DNA of 64,000 nucleotides. Source: an uncultured bacterium. Lineage in GTDB: Bacteria; Patescibacteriota; Minisyncoccia; UBA6257; GWB1-50-10. Position 1 is the first letter of the stretch. Each line of letters begins with the position of its first letter. The notes beneath the pieces were generated by a model that saw only the letters and a list, made by a program, of their open reading frames with translations, was not told where the DNA came from and did not search any database. The DNA is taken from contig CAVRNT010000001.1 of NCBI GenBank assembly GCA_963722655.1, positions 162,612 through 226,611 of the forward strand. Reading direction: 5' to 3'. Below are positions 1 to 10,519 of this stretch, one piece after another. The position numbers and the translations under genes were made by a program.

Positions 1-76
1 ACTTGAAATAAAGAAAGACCCTATAGCGGCAAGCGAAAGCTTGCCGCTTTCTTTTTCGGCGGTTATATTTAAGTCC

Positions 77-1348
77 ATGAACAAACCCCTCAAGTTCAAA
101 TTGAAGAACGGTCTCCGGGTCATCATGATTCCGCAGCCGCAAAGTTTGACCGCGACGGCGATGGTCTCGGTCGAGGCCGGCTCCAAGTACGAGACGAAGG
201 GTATAAACGGCCTCTCGCACTTCTTGGAGCATATGTGCTTCAAGGGAACGACCAAGCGCCCAACGGCCCTTGCCATATCGGCCGAGCTCGACGGTCTCGG
301 CGCCCAGTACAACGCCTTCACCTCCCAAGAATACACGAGCTATTACGCCAAAGTGAAGAAGGATAATTTCGGCGAGATTTTGGACGTCGTCGCGGACATG
401 TACCTCGACCCGAAGTTCGAAAAGAACGAGATCGAGAAGGAACGCGGCGTGATCGTCCAAGAGCTCAATATGTACGAGGATACGCCGATGCGGCGGGTGC
501 AGGACCTTTTCTTGGAGCTCGTTTACGGCGACCAGCCGGCCGGCTGGAACATCGGGGGCCGCAAGGAGGTCATTCGGAAGCTCAACCGCGAAGATTTCAT
601 CGCCTACCGCAAGAAACATTACCTCCCCCAGGCGACGATCGTCACCGTGGCGGGGAAGTTCGAGCCGCAGCAGGCGCTTAAGCGTATCGAAAGATATTTT
701 TCGGTCCTGAAACCGGGGAAAAAGGGTAGGAAGTTGTCCGTCAAGGAATCCCAAGCCAAACCCAAGGAACTTGTCCACTTCAAGGACGTGGACCAGTCGC
801 ACGTCGTGCTCGGTTTCCGCGCCTTTGACGCCAAGGACGAGCGGAAGTACGCTCTCCAGCTCGCCGCTGAGATCTTGGGCGGGGGAATGAGCTCACGCCT
901 CTTCCAAACGGTGCGCGAAGAGCTCGGGGCCGCCTATTACGTCCGGTGCGAACCCGACCTCTACACCGACCACGGCCTCATCGCGATGTCCGCCGGCTTG
1001 GACCACACGAAGATCGAACCGGCCATCAAGGTGACCCTCGGGGAGTTCGCCCGCCTCAAGAAGGAGAAGGTAAGCGAGCGCGACCTCAAGAAGGCCAAAG
1101 AGCACTTCATCGGCGACCTTTTCCTCTCCCTTGAGGGAACGGACGATATCGCCGGCTTCTACGCCGGCCAGGAACTTTTGGGCCTCGGGACCCTCAAGAC
1201 CCCGGAAGAGGCGGCCAAGAGGATAAACGCCGTGACGGCCGCGGAGATCCAGGCCGTCGCGAAGCAGGTCTTCACGAGGCGGGGGCTCAATCTCGCCGTC
1301 ATCGGGCCCTTCAAGAAGCGAAGCTTTCTTGATATATTAAAGGTGTGA
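77..1348 (+). CDS. M16 family zinc metallopeptidase (insulinase-like)
   Basis: HxxEH zinc motif (HFLEHM) near the N-terminus. The ORF opens at 41, but the ATG at 77 has a TATATT box 8 nt upstream. Confidence 0.85.
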   Translation: MNKPLKFKLKNGLRVIMIPQPQSLTATAMVSVEAGSKYETKGINGLSHFLEHMCFKGTTKRPTALAISAELDGLGAQYNAFTSQEYTSYYAKVKKDNFGEILDVVADMYLDPKFEKNEIEKERGVIVQELNMYEDTPMRRVQDLFLELVYGDQPAGWNIGGRKEVIRKLNREDFIAYRKKHYLPQATIVTVAGKFEPQQALKRIERYFSVLKPGKKGRKLSVKESQAKPKELVHFKDVDQSHVVLGFRAFDAKDERKYALQLAAEILGGGMSSRLFQTVREELGAAYYVRCEPDLYTDHGLIAMSAGLDHTKIEPAIKVTLGEFARLKKEKVSERDLKKAKEHFIGDLFLSLEGTDDIAGFYAGQELLGLGTLKTPEEAAKRINAVTAAEIQAVAKQVFTRRGLNLAVIGPFKKRSFLDILKV

Positions 1349-2343
1349 ACCCCTCGAAGTTCGAGATCGGTTGGACCACCCTTTGGCGGATCTTCCTTTT
1401 CGTCGTCGCCATCGCCGTCTTTTATTTTGCCCGTGGCGCCTTTGCCGCGATCCTCGTCGGCGTCGTACTCTCGCTCGGGCTCGATCCCATCGTGAGCTTC
1501 GTCGCCGAGCGGCTTCGCATCGGCCGTCTCCTCGGCACGCTCGCTGTCGTCCTCGTCGCCATCATCCTCCTTATCGCCGCCTTGTACTTCATCGTGCCGG
1601 TCGTCGCCGGCGAGGTCGGCGGCTTCTTCACCCTCTTCAACGTGAGCGTTCCGATACCGTTGATCGCGACCCTCGGTAACGGGGTCGGGCAGATCATCAC
1701 GAGCTATCTCGGGACGAACGGCTCGGTGCCGATCGTGATCACCCGTATCCTGGAGAACCTCCTCTTGATCCTCGCCGCCTTCGTCATCACTCTTTACCTC
1801 ACGATCGAAAAGGACGGCGCCGACAAGATGTTGCGGCTCATCCTGCCGCAGGTCTACGAACGGCCGGTCGTCGCGATCTTCGATCGCTTCAAGCTCAAAA
1901 TGAGGCGCTGGCTTGGGACCCAGCTGGTCCTCAGCATCTTCATCGGACTCGCCGTGGGCCTCGGGATGTGGCTCATCGGCGTCCGGTATCCCCTGATCTT
2001 GGGCGTCATCGCCGCCATTCTCGAGGTCGTCCCCATCATCGGTCCCATCGTGACGGGAATCATCGCCTTCCTCATCGCCATCTCCGACTCGGTCGTCCTC
2101 GCGGTCTACGCCATCATCTTCTTCTTCGTCGTCCAGCAGTTCGAGAACCACGTCCTCGTGCCGCTCGTAATGGGTAAGAGCATGCGGGTCCATCCGGTGA
2201 TCGTCGTCTTCGCCCTCTTGGCCGGCGGCGAACTGGCCGGTTTCGTCGGTATCGTCCTGGCCGTCCCGATCTCGGTCCTCATCCAGGAGATCTTCGACTA
2301 TATGGCGGAACAGAAGGAAAAAAGGTCCGGATTGGAGCTCTAA
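1345..2343 (+). CDS. AI-2E family transporter (PerM/YhhT-like membrane protein)
   Basis: Eight predicted TM helices. C-terminal GKSMRVHPVIVVFALLAGGELAGFVGIVLAVPI block typical of UPF0118/AI-2E. GTG start overlaps the upstream stop. Confidence 0.75.
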   Translation: MNPSKFEIGWTTLWRIFLFVVAIAVFYFARGAFAAILVGVVLSLGLDPIVSFVAERLRIGRLLGTLAVVLVAIILLIAALYFIVPVVAGEVGGFFTLFNVSVPIPLIATLGNGVGQIITSYLGTNGSVPIVITRILENLLLILAAFVITLYLTIEKDGADKMLRLILPQVYERPVVAIFDRFKLKMRRWLGTQLVLSIFIGLAVGLGMWLIGVRYPLILGVIAAILEVVPIIGPIVTGIIAFLIAISDSVVLAVYAIIFFFVVQQFENHVLVPLVMGKSMRVHPVIVVFALLAGGELAGFVGIVLAVPISVLIQEIFDYMAEQKEKRSGLEL

Positions 2344-2346
2344 CAA

Positions 2347-3807
2347 ATGGACAGGAAACGTTTCTACATCACGACCACTTTGCCGTACGTGAACTCCGCG
2401 CCGCACATCGGCTTCGCCTTGGAGATCGTCCAAGCGGACGCGATCGCCCGTGAGCGCCGGGCGCTCGGCGACGAGGTCGTCTTTAACACCGGCACGGACG
2501 AGCACGGGCTCAAGATCTACCGGAGCGCCCAAGAGGCGGGACAGGACGTCCAATCCTACGTCGACGAGAACGCCGCTAAGTTCGACCGCCTCAAAGAGGC
2601 CTTGAATTTGAGCTACACGAACTTCATCCGCACGACCGATCCGCGCCATGTCGCGGCCGCCCAGGAGTTTTGGAGGCGGTGCGACAAAAACGGCGATATC
2701 TACAAGAAGAACTATGAGGTCAAATACTGCGTCGGTTGCGAGCTCGAAAAGACCGAATCGGAGCTCGTGGACGGCCGGTGTCCCATCCACCCGAATTTGC
2801 AGATCGAGGTCATCGAGGAGGAGAACTATTTCTTCCGCTTTTCCAAATACCAAAAGCCGCTTCTCGCGCTCTACGAGAAACGCCCCGATTTCGTCGTGCC
2901 GGCCCACCGCCTCGCGGAGATCCGGAACTTCGTCTCTTCCGGTCTCCAGGATTTCAGCGTCTCGCGCTTGGCGTCCAAGATGCCTTGGGGCGTGCCGGTG
3001 CCGGGCGATGAGGCGCACGTGATGTACGTCTGGTTCGACGCTTTAGTCAATTACATCTCCACGCTGGGCTGGCCGGACGACGAGAAGAATTTTAGTGCTT
3101 TCTGGCCCGGTGTTCAGATCGCCGGCAAGGATAACCTCCGCCAGCAATCGGCGATGTGGCAGGCGATGCTCATGTCGGCGGGCTTGCCGAACTCGAAACA
3201 GATCATCATCCACGGTTTCATCAACTCCGGCGGGGCGAAGATGTCCAAGAGCTTGGGGAACGTGGTGGACCCCTTCGCCATCGTTGAAAAATATGGGACG
3301 GACACTCTGCGGTTTTGGTTGCTGCACGACCTGAATCCCTTCGAGGACGGCAACTTCACCTGGGAGAAATTCAGCGAGGGCTACAACGCTTACCTTGCGA
3401 ACGGTCTGGGGAACTTCGCCGCGCGCGTTTTGACCTTGGGCGAGAAACTGAACGACGGCAACTTCAAATCGGGCGAAATAGACCCGGAGATAGACCGGCT
3501 CATCGGCGAGACCAAGAAGAAAGTCGCGGCTAAATTGGAGGCATACGCGTTCAACGAGGCGCTCGCCGCCATTTGGAACCTGATTTCCTTTGGCGACCGG
3601 TACGTGAACGAGAAAAAGCCCTGGGAGAAGTTCGACGGCCGGGTGGTCTGGGGTCTCATCGTCATACTGGACAACGTCGCCGCGCTCCTCGAACCCTTCC
3701 TCCCGGGCACGGCCGAGAAGATCACCGCCTCCATCTCCTGGGAGGGGAAGGATTTGAAGATCAAGAAACCGGCGATCCTTTTCCCGCGGATAAATTATCG
3801 AGGTTGA
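2347..3807 (+). CDS. metG: methionyl-tRNA synthetase
   Basis: Class I aaRS motifs: N-terminal TTTLPYVNSAPHIGF (HIGH-type) and KMSKS (KMSKSLGN). Zn knuckle CxxC...CP. Confidence 0.95.
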   Translation: MDRKRFYITTTLPYVNSAPHIGFALEIVQADAIARERRALGDEVVFNTGTDEHGLKIYRSAQEAGQDVQSYVDENAAKFDRLKEALNLSYTNFIRTTDPRHVAAAQEFWRRCDKNGDIYKKNYEVKYCVGCELEKTESELVDGRCPIHPNLQIEVIEEENYFFRFSKYQKPLLALYEKRPDFVVPAHRLAEIRNFVSSGLQDFSVSRLASKMPWGVPVPGDEAHVMYVWFDALVNYISTLGWPDDEKNFSAFWPGVQIAGKDNLRQQSAMWQAMLMSAGLPNSKQIIIHGFINSGGAKMSKSLGNVVDPFAIVEKYGTDTLRFWLLHDLNPFEDGNFTWEKFSEGYNAYLANGLGNFAARVLTLGEKLNDGNFKSGEIDPEIDRLIGETKKKVAAKLEAYAFNEALAAIWNLISFGDRYVNEKKPWEKFDGRVVWGLIVILDNVAALLEPFLPGTAEKITASISWEGKDLKIKKPAILFPRINYRG

Positions 3808-3840
3808 ACCTCGATAATTTCTAGGGATAACTTTATAAGA

Positions 3841-4632
3841 ATGCTGAAATTCTTTGACGCCCATACGCACGCGAACCTAGCGGAGTTCAAGGATGACTAC
3901 AAAGAAGTCATCGGCCGAGCCTTGGCCGCCGGCGTCGGTCTGGTGAATGTGGGTACGGATATCAACGACTCTCGCCGGGCGCTGGAAATCGCGCGCGAAT
4001 TCGAGAAAGAACCGGTATATGCCGCCGTCGGCTTCCACCCGGAATATGCCGCCGACAGATATTTCAATTACGAGGCCTTCAAAAAGCTCGCTCTGGACCA
4101 GAAAACGGTTGCGATAGGAGAATGCGGACTGGACTACTACAGAGAAATAAGCGACAAGAAACAAGAGACAAGAGGAAAGCAAAAGGCGGTTTTTATTGAG
4201 CAAATAAAGCTCGCCCATGAAGTTCAAAAGCCGTTAATGGTCCACTGCCGCGAAGCGTTCAACGATTTAATTAATATTCTTGTCTCTTGTCGCACGTCGC
4301 TTGTCGCCGATAACCCCGGGATCATCCATTTCTTCTCCGGCACGAAGGATGAGGCCCAAAAACTCATTGATCTCGGCTTCAGCTTCACTTTCGGCGGCGT
4401 AATTACTTTTGCCCGCGATCACGACGAGGTTATTAAATCAATGCCGCTAGACCGCATTCTTTCCGAGACCGACGCGCCTTTCGTTGCGCCCGTACCGTAC
4501 CGCGGCAAGCGCAACGAACCGGCCTACGTCGTCAAGACCGTGAAAAAGCTCGCGGAGATTAAGAATGTGAGTGTTGACGAAATGGCGGTGCGAACTTTGG
4601 AGAACGCCCGGCGGGTGTTCGCCGCCAGTTGA
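3841..4632 (+). CDS. tatD: TatD family metal-dependent hydrolase/DNase
   Basis: N-terminal FDAHTHAN motif, conserved E/H/D metal ligands, ~263 aa. Confidence 0.9.
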   Translation: MLKFFDAHTHANLAEFKDDYKEVIGRALAAGVGLVNVGTDINDSRRALEIAREFEKEPVYAAVGFHPEYAADRYFNYEAFKKLALDQKTVAIGECGLDYYREISDKKQETRGKQKAVFIEQIKLAHEVQKPLMVHCREAFNDLINILVSCRTSLVADNPGIIHFFSGTKDEAQKLIDLGFSFTFGGVITFARDHDEVIKSMPLDRILSETDAPFVAPVPYRGKRNEPAYVVKTVKKLAEIKNVSVDEMAVRTLENARRVFAAS

Positions 4633-4664
4633 GAACGCCGATTTTTTCAGCTAGAATCTAGTTA

Positions 4665-7046
4665 ATGAAGCGCTATGATTTCGGCAAGGCCGAAAAGAAA
4701 TGGCAGGCGGAATGGGACAAGGAGAATGTCTACGTCGCTAAAGATAAAAGTCCCAAGGACAAAAAATACGTCCTCATAGAGTTCCCGTACCCTTCGGGTG
4801 AGGGCCTCCACATGGGTCACCTTCGCCCCTACACGGCGGGCGACACCTACAGCCGCTTCCTCCGGATGAACGGATTTGAGGTAATGTATCCGATAGGGTG
4901 GGACGCCTTCGGTCTCCCGGCCGAGAACTATGCCATCAAGAAAGGCATCCAGCCGAAGATCACGACGGCCCAGAACATCGAGAACGCCAAGCGCCAGGTC
5001 AAAAGTTGGGGGATCGGCTTCGACTGGTCGCGCGAGGTGGTGACCACCGACCCCGAGTACTACAAATGGACCCAGTGGATCTTTCTGCAATTCTTCAAGG
5101 CCGGTTTGGCCTACGAGGCGACCGGTCTCATCAACTGGTGCCCCAAGGACAAGACCGGCCTCGCGAACGAGGAGGTGGTCGGCGGTAAGTGCGAGCGCTG
5201 CGGCACTGAGGTGGTGCAGAAGGAGGTGCGCCAGTGGTATTTGAAGATAACGGCCTACGCTGAAAAACTGATAAACGGTCTCAAGAAACTGGACTGGCCG
5301 GAGAGCGTGAAGGTCCAGCAGGAAAACTGGATAGGGAAGAGCGAAGGGGCGTTGATAGATTTTGAGATACAAGGGACAAGGGACAAGATACGGGTTTTCA
5401 CGACGCGGCCGGACACGCTCTTCGGTGCGACGTATATGGTCCTCGCGCCGGAGCACAAGCTGGTGCGTGAGTTGAGCGGCAAGATCACGAATCTAAAAGA
5501 AGTTGACGATTACGTCAAAAAAACCAAGGCGAAGACGGAAGAGGAAAGATTGACGGAAGGCAAAGCGAAAACCGGAGCGGAGCTCAAGGGTATTAAGGCG
5601 ATAAACCCTGCCAACAACGAAAAAATTTCGGTCTTCATTGCCGACTATGTTCTTTCCTCATACGGCACGGGCGCCATCATGGCCGTCCCGGCGCACGACG
5701 AGCGGGATTTTGAGTTCGCCAAGAAGTTCAAGCTACCGATAATCGATGTCATCTCCGGTGGAAAACCAGGCGAACTTTGGGAAGGGAACGGCGTTTTGCA
5801 AAATTCCGGTGAGTTCGACGGCATGGATTCCGAAAAGGCGAGATGGAAGATAACGGATTTCATCCACGGCGAAAGAAAAACGCAGTACAAACTCCGCGAC
5901 TGGGTCTTCTCGCGCCAAAGGTATTGGGGAGAACCAATACCCTTGATACATTGCTCCAAATGCGGAGTGGTTCCCGTGCCCGATGACGAGCTGCCGGTCA
6001 AGTTACCGGAGGTGGAGAAGTATGAGCCGACCGGAACGGGCGAGTCGCCTCTCGCGGCCATCAAATCTTGGGTGAACGTGGAATGTCCCCAGTGTGGCGG
6101 CCCGGCGAAACGCGAAACGAACACCATGCCCCAGTGGGCGGGGAGTTCTTGGTACTATCTGCGTTACTGCGACCCCAAAAACGGAAGAGAACTGGCCTCC
6201 GAAAAACTTTTGGGGCATTGGTTGCCGGTGGATGTCTATTTCGGCGGCATTGAGCATACGACCCTCCATCTTCTGTATTCCCGCTTTTGGCACCAGTTCC
6301 TTTACGACCAAAAGATCGTGCCGACGCCGGAACCATACGCCAAGCGGGTGACGCACGGCATCATCTTGGGGCCCGACGGCGAAAAGATGTCCAAGAGCCG
6401 CGGCAACGTCGTGAACCCGGACGAGATCGTTAAAGAGTTCGGCGCGGACGCTCTCCGGATGTACGAAATGTTCCTCGGACCGCACGAGGCGACCGTGAGT
6501 TGGAACAGCCAGGGCATTTTGGGCATCAGCCGTTTCTTGGACCGCGTTTGGAAGTTCTACGGCGACAAGGAACAAGAGACGGGCGACAAGGAGGTTGAGC
6601 GAGCGGTCCACAGGGCGATCAAGAAGGTGACGGAAGACGTCCAGGCCTTCAAGTTCAACACGGCCATTTCGTCATTGATGATCTGCCTGAATACGATCGA
6701 GGGGAAACCGATCGCAAAGGATCCGAAAGAAAGGTTCCTGAAACTCCTCGCGCCATTCGCGCCGCACATCGCGGAGGAATTGTGGCACGAGCTGGGGAGC
6801 AAAACCTTGATCCATATTGAAAAATGGCCGCAGTACGACGAAAAACTAGTCAAAGAAGAGACCATCGACCTCGTGGTGCAGGTGAACGGCAAGTATCGTG
6901 GTACAGTTAAGATGGAAGCCGGCTTGGTCCAAAGAGAGATCGAAGCGGCGGCGCTCGGTCTCCCGACCGTTCAGGCGGCCATCGGCGGCGGGAAACCCCG
7001 CAAGGTCGTCTACGTCAAAGATCGTTTAATAAACTTCGTCCTATGA
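4665..7046 (+). CDS. leuS: leucyl-tRNA synthetase
   Basis: HMGH (GEGLHMGHLRPYT) and KMSKS (KMSKSRGN) motifs, CP1 editing-domain signature, 793 aa. TAGAAT box 8 nt upstream of the ATG. Confidence 0.95.
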   Translation: MKRYDFGKAEKKWQAEWDKENVYVAKDKSPKDKKYVLIEFPYPSGEGLHMGHLRPYTAGDTYSRFLRMNGFEVMYPIGWDAFGLPAENYAIKKGIQPKITTAQNIENAKRQVKSWGIGFDWSREVVTTDPEYYKWTQWIFLQFFKAGLAYEATGLINWCPKDKTGLANEEVVGGKCERCGTEVVQKEVRQWYLKITAYAEKLINGLKKLDWPESVKVQQENWIGKSEGALIDFEIQGTRDKIRVFTTRPDTLFGATYMVLAPEHKLVRELSGKITNLKEVDDYVKKTKAKTEEERLTEGKAKTGAELKGIKAINPANNEKISVFIADYVLSSYGTGAIMAVPAHDERDFEFAKKFKLPIIDVISGGKPGELWEGNGVLQNSGEFDGMDSEKARWKITDFIHGERKTQYKLRDWVFSRQRYWGEPIPLIHCSKCGVVPVPDDELPVKLPEVEKYEPTGTGESPLAAIKSWVNVECPQCGGPAKRETNTMPQWAGSSWYYLRYCDPKNGRELASEKLLGHWLPVDVYFGGIEHTTLHLLYSRFWHQFLYDQKIVPTPEPYAKRVTHGIILGPDGEKMSKSRGNVVNPDEIVKEFGADALRMYEMFLGPHEATVSWNSQGILGISRFLDRVWKFYGDKEQETGDKEVERAVHRAIKKVTEDVQAFKFNTAISSLMICLNTIEGKPIAKDPKERFLKLLAPFAPHIAEELWHELGSKTLIHIEKWPQYDEKLVKEETIDLVVQVNGKYRGTVKMEAGLVQREIEAAALGLPTVQAAIGGGKPRKVVYVKDRLINFVL

Positions 7047-7942
7047 GCAAGGTCCTCATCATCATCATTGCCCTCATCGTCATCGTTGCGATAGTGATGG
7101 TCGTCAAGCAATTTCAAGGCGTGAAGTTCGGTAGTTTGGGTCCGCTCTTTAAGGTGAACTACACCGTCCCGTCAGGTTTGAGCAATCAGAAAACGAACAT
7201 TTCGTATTCGACGGGCGGGGGCACGACGACGCAAGTGCTGCCAAAACCGGGGCCGACGCCGCCCGCGGGATTCACTGCCGCCCAACTCTCGCCCTACTAC
7301 GGCGAAGTGAAGATCGGGAACGTTTCCGCCGCCTCTTCTTGGAACGGCGTCGCGCAATTTTCTCTCAATGCTTCTTACGGCGGCCTCGCCGCCCCGATCG
7401 ACGTCACGGGCTGGCGTCTCACGTACAACAAGGGGCAGGTGATCGTCCCGACGGCCGCGGCGGATTACATGCCTTCGGGTTTCGAGTATCCGGGCGATGT
7501 CGCCTTGAGCTCTGGCGACGTGCTGAACGTTTACAGCAGTCAAAGCCCCCTAAACGTCAATTTTCGGATGAACCAATGTATTGGCTATTTGAACAACGCC
7601 TATACCTTCACTCCGACCCTGCCGCAAAATTGCGCGGCGGTCTATGACCGTTCCGAGATCGCGACCTTCTCGGGTGCTTGCCAGAACTACATCCTCTCCC
7701 TCTGGGGATGCAGCGTACCGTCGGCCGATCAGTTGAACAATTTTTCAGGTGAGCCGGCCTGTCAATCGGTCCTGAACCGTTTCAACTACACCTATTGTTA
7801 CAATCGGCACCGGTTCGATACCGGCTTTTTCACGAACGACTGGCGCGTTTGGCTGGGCGGGCAGATCGGTTTTGATCAGAGCCACGATCGAGTGCTTTTA
7901 TGGGATAAAAACGGGCTTTTGGTGGACGAGTATATCTACTAG
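7043..7942 (+). CDS. hypothetical membrane-anchored secreted protein, Cys-rich C-terminal half (possible lamin-tail-like beta domain)
   Basis: N-terminal hydrophobic anchor (ALIVIVAIVMVV), eight Cys in the C-terminal 120 aa. The LTD-like assignment is tentative. Confidence 0.45.
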   Translation: MSKVLIIIIALIVIVAIVMVVKQFQGVKFGSLGPLFKVNYTVPSGLSNQKTNISYSTGGGTTTQVLPKPGPTPPAGFTAAQLSPYYGEVKIGNVSAASSWNGVAQFSLNASYGGLAAPIDVTGWRLTYNKGQVIVPTAAADYMPSGFEYPGDVALSSGDVLNVYSSQSPLNVNFRMNQCIGYLNNAYTFTPTLPQNCAAVYDRSEIATFSGACQNYILSLWGCSVPSADQLNNFSGEPACQSVLNRFNYTYCYNRHRFDTGFFTNDWRVWLGGQIGFDQSHDRVLLWDKNGLLVDEYIY

Positions 7943-8983
7943 CTATTTCCTCTCCGCGAGCGTCACCCGCGTCTCGAACTCCTTGCCGCCGCGCCAAACC
8001 TTGAGTTTGACAGTCTCGCCGACCTCGCAATCGTCCAAGAAATCCTGGAGCGTCGTTTCCGGGCCTATCTTCTTCCCATTCCACTCCAAGACCACGTCCC
8101 GCTCCTTGATCTTTGCTTGGTCGGCCGGGCTCTTGGGCACGACGGCCGGTTCGAAAGGATGCTCGCTCGTGACGTAAGCGCCGTAGCTGATCGGCAGACG
8201 CATCTTCTCGCTGAGGTCGTGGTTCAAGATCAGGTAGCGAATGCCGAGGAGCGGGCGGCGGATGCGGCCGTGCTTTTTGAGATCGAAGAGGTCCTTCTCG
8301 GCCGCCTTGATGGGGATGGCGAAGCTGATGTTCTGGGCGCCGACGACGACCGCGGCGTTGATGCCGATCGCCCGGCCGAAGATGTCGACGAGCGGCCCGC
8401 CGGAATTTCCCGGATTGATGGCGGCGTCGGTCTGGATGAGGCCGCGCAGTTCCTGGGCGCGGGAATTTTCCTCCTCCTTCGCCTCGACGGCGCGGGAAAG
8501 CCCGGAGATGATGCCGAGCGAGACCGTATTTTTGAAAATTCCCAGAGCATTCCCGATCGCGAGGACCGTTTGCCCGAGGACCGCCTCGTCCGAATCGCCG
8601 AGCGCGACGACCGGCAATCGCCCCTTCGGCTTGATGCGCAAGATGGCGACGTCGTCCACCGGGTCGCGGGCGAGCACCTCGGCGGCGTAGGTCGCGCCAT
8701 CGCTCGTTTGGACAAAGCACTTCGCGCCGCTTTCGGAGATGACGTGCTTGTTCGTCAAAATTATGCCGCTTTCGTCGACGACGAAGCCCGAACCACCGCC
8801 CACTTGGACCATACCGTGGGCGTCGATTTTCTCTGGCGGGATGTTGAGCGCCCCCTTCTTGCCCTTTCTGTCCGAGGCGAAATCGCCCTTGATGTCAGCG
8901 GCACTCTTTTCCAAAATGACGGAGACGACGGCGGGCATCACTTGAGCGGTCGTTTTGATGATGCGCGATCTTTCCTTCCTCAT
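7943..8983 (-). CDS. HtrA/DegP family trypsin-like serine protease with PDZ domain
   Basis: GNSGGPL catalytic Ser motif, His/Asp context, C-terminal PDZ-like region. Confidence 0.85.
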   Translation of the reverse strand: MRKERSRIIKTTAQVMPAVVSVILEKSAADIKGDFASDRKGKKGALNIPPEKIDAHGMVQVGGGSGFVVDESGIILTNKHVISESGAKCFVQTSDGATYAAEVLARDPVDDVAILRIKPKGRLPVVALGDSDEAVLGQTVLAIGNALGIFKNTVSLGIISGLSRAVEAKEEENSRAQELRGLIQTDAAINPGNSGGPLVDIFGRAIGINAAVVVGAQNISFAIPIKAAEKDLFDLKKHGRIRRPLLGIRYLILNHDLSEKMRLPISYGAYVTSEHPFEPAVVPKSPADQAKIKERDVVLEWNGKKIGPETTLQDFLDDCEVGETVKLKVWRGGKEFETRVTLAERK

Positions 8984-9032
8984 ATATGCTTATTGTATCA
9001 AAAATCGAGCGGAACGGCGCTCGATGAAAGCT

Positions 9033-9056
9033 AAACCCCTCATTAGGAGGGGTTTA
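9033..9056 (-). terminator. perfect 9-bp stem hairpin (aaacccctc/attagg/gaggggttt) between the TauE-like gene and the htrA start
   Basis: Inverted repeat read directly from the sequence. Could act as a bidirectional terminator. Confidence 0.4.
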
Positions 9057-9258
9057 GTCCAAGAAATTATCTGTGGTGCTTCCTGGTCTTCTTGGTCTTC
9101 TTGGCCTTTTTGGCCGCTTTTCTTTTCTTTGCCATTTTTATTTTTATTTTTTGGGATCGGTGTTGGATCGTCGACCGTCGATCGCTCCCAATCCTCTTAC
9201 GCGTTCATCTACATTCATTATAGAAGAACTTTTTTCTGAAATCTGTGGATAACTTATT

Positions 9259-9978
9259 TCAGTGGACCAAAACGAAAACACCGACGCCGAGAATTATCGC
9301 CGCGACGACCTTTTGAAAGATTGGCGTGGGAATTTTCTTGAGAAGCCGGCTGCCGATGACCGTGCCGACGAGGACGCCGATCGTCGCGATCAAGATCAGT
9401 GGCTAAAGGGCGAGGATCTGCGGTCCTTGCACCGCCAAATACACCGGCATCCTCGCGACGTCGACCATCAAAGCGATGCCGGTCGCGGTCGCGACGAATT
9501 CCTGTGATTTGAGATCGAAGCCGAAGAGCGCCGCGGAACGGATGCCACCTTGATTGCCCACCAGCCCGCCGAAGAGTCCCGAAAGCGCTCCGGCGAGCCA
9601 CGCTCCCGGTCCCCGGAAGCGCATTCTCTGGGATAGCCCGGTGAGTCCGCTGATGCCCGCGAAGATCAAGAGGCAGCCGAAGATGATCGTGAGAACCTCG
9701 TTGTAGAGGACGTTATGGAGCAAGGCGCCGATCAACCCGCCGCCCGCGCTTGCGAGCCCGAAGCTTACCAGAACCTTTTTGTTGATCTTTTTCCAGAGGA
9801 GGGCGAAACGGAGCGCGGTCCCGCAGAAATGGACGATGGAAACCGCGGCGACGGCTATGCTCGTACCGGCCACTACGGCGAGCGTCGGCGTCACCAAGCT
9901 GCCGATGCCGAAACCGGCGATCGAGGCGATACCGCCCGCGAAGAGCGCCACTACTCCGAGTATCGCTTGGAAGATCAT
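9259..9978 (-). pseudogene. TauE/SafE (DUF81) family anion exporter interrupted by an in-frame TAG at 9403-9405
   Basis: The ORF track gives 191 aa (9403..9978). Translation continues in the same frame past the TAG for 47 more aa (PLILIATIGVLVGTVIGSRLLKKIPTPIFQKVVAAIILGVGVFVLVH), giving a TauE-typical 240-aa, 8-TM protein. Confidence 0.55.
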
Positions 9979-9982
9979 TTAG

Positions 9983-10069
9983 CGGAGGGGGTGAGATTCG
10001 AACTCACGAAAGGATCTCTCCTTTACCGCATTTCAAGTGCGGCGCGTTAGACCGCTCTGCCACCCCTCC
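9983..10069 (-). tRNA. tRNA-Ser (anticodon TGA), long variable arm
   Basis: Manual fold: acceptor GGAGGGG/CCCCTCC, anticodon loop CTTGAAA, T-loop GTTCGAATC. Confidence 0.8.
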
Positions 10070-10122
10070 GTGCGTTGAACGCCGCGTCATCATAAACCGG
10101 CTGGGACGTTTTAATCAAGATT

Positions 10123-10494
10123 TCAATAATGACTGAAAATGTGGAACACGCTCCCGATTAGCGCCGTGAAACCGAAGATAAGGCCGGCGGCGATTATAAC
10201 GATGGCCACGATGGTCAATATCTTGCCGGCGTGATCGACGGCCTTGATGAAGCCGTTGTATTCGTGCTGGTTCTCGAAGTGCCGGCTCGTCGCGGCCATC
10301 TCGTGGCCTTTAATACCAAGATAGATCATAAAGACGATCCAAAAGAAGAAGTTCACGACCGGCACGAGGTAGAGCAGATACCACCAAAGCATGTGGTACT
10401 TCTTGATGGCGATTAGAAACGGCGCTCCGAAGAGGAATGCGCCCCACGACCAACCCGGCGCGGCGGTGATGCCGCCTTTTTTGGTTTCTTCCAT
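10123..10494 (-). CDS. hypothetical small membrane protein (3-4 TM)
   Basis: 123-aa hydrophobic ORF wedged between tRNA genes. Confidence 0.4.
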   Translation of the reverse strand: MEETKKGGITAAPGWSWGAFLFGAPFLIAIKKYHMLWWYLLYLVPVVNFFFWIVFMIYLGIKGHEMAATSRHFENQHEYNGFIKAVDHAGKILTIVAIVIIAAGLIFGFTALIGSVFHIFSHY

Positions 10495-10519
10495 AGGGAA
10501 ATTATAACAAACTTCGTTG

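Noticed and set aside
1159-3018. 619-aa minus-strand ORF rich in Asp/Glu/Arg/Gly
   Set aside because: It is antisense to the AI-2E transporter and metG, which both have strong motif support. Its low-complexity acidic translation is the usual artefact of open antisense frames in high-GC DNA.
8955-9239. 94-aa plus-strand ORF over a ggtcttctt/ttttcttttc low-complexity tract
   Set aside because: It is a translation of a simple-sequence intergenic region (Trp/Ser/Phe runs), and it overlaps the htrA start region and a terminator hairpin.
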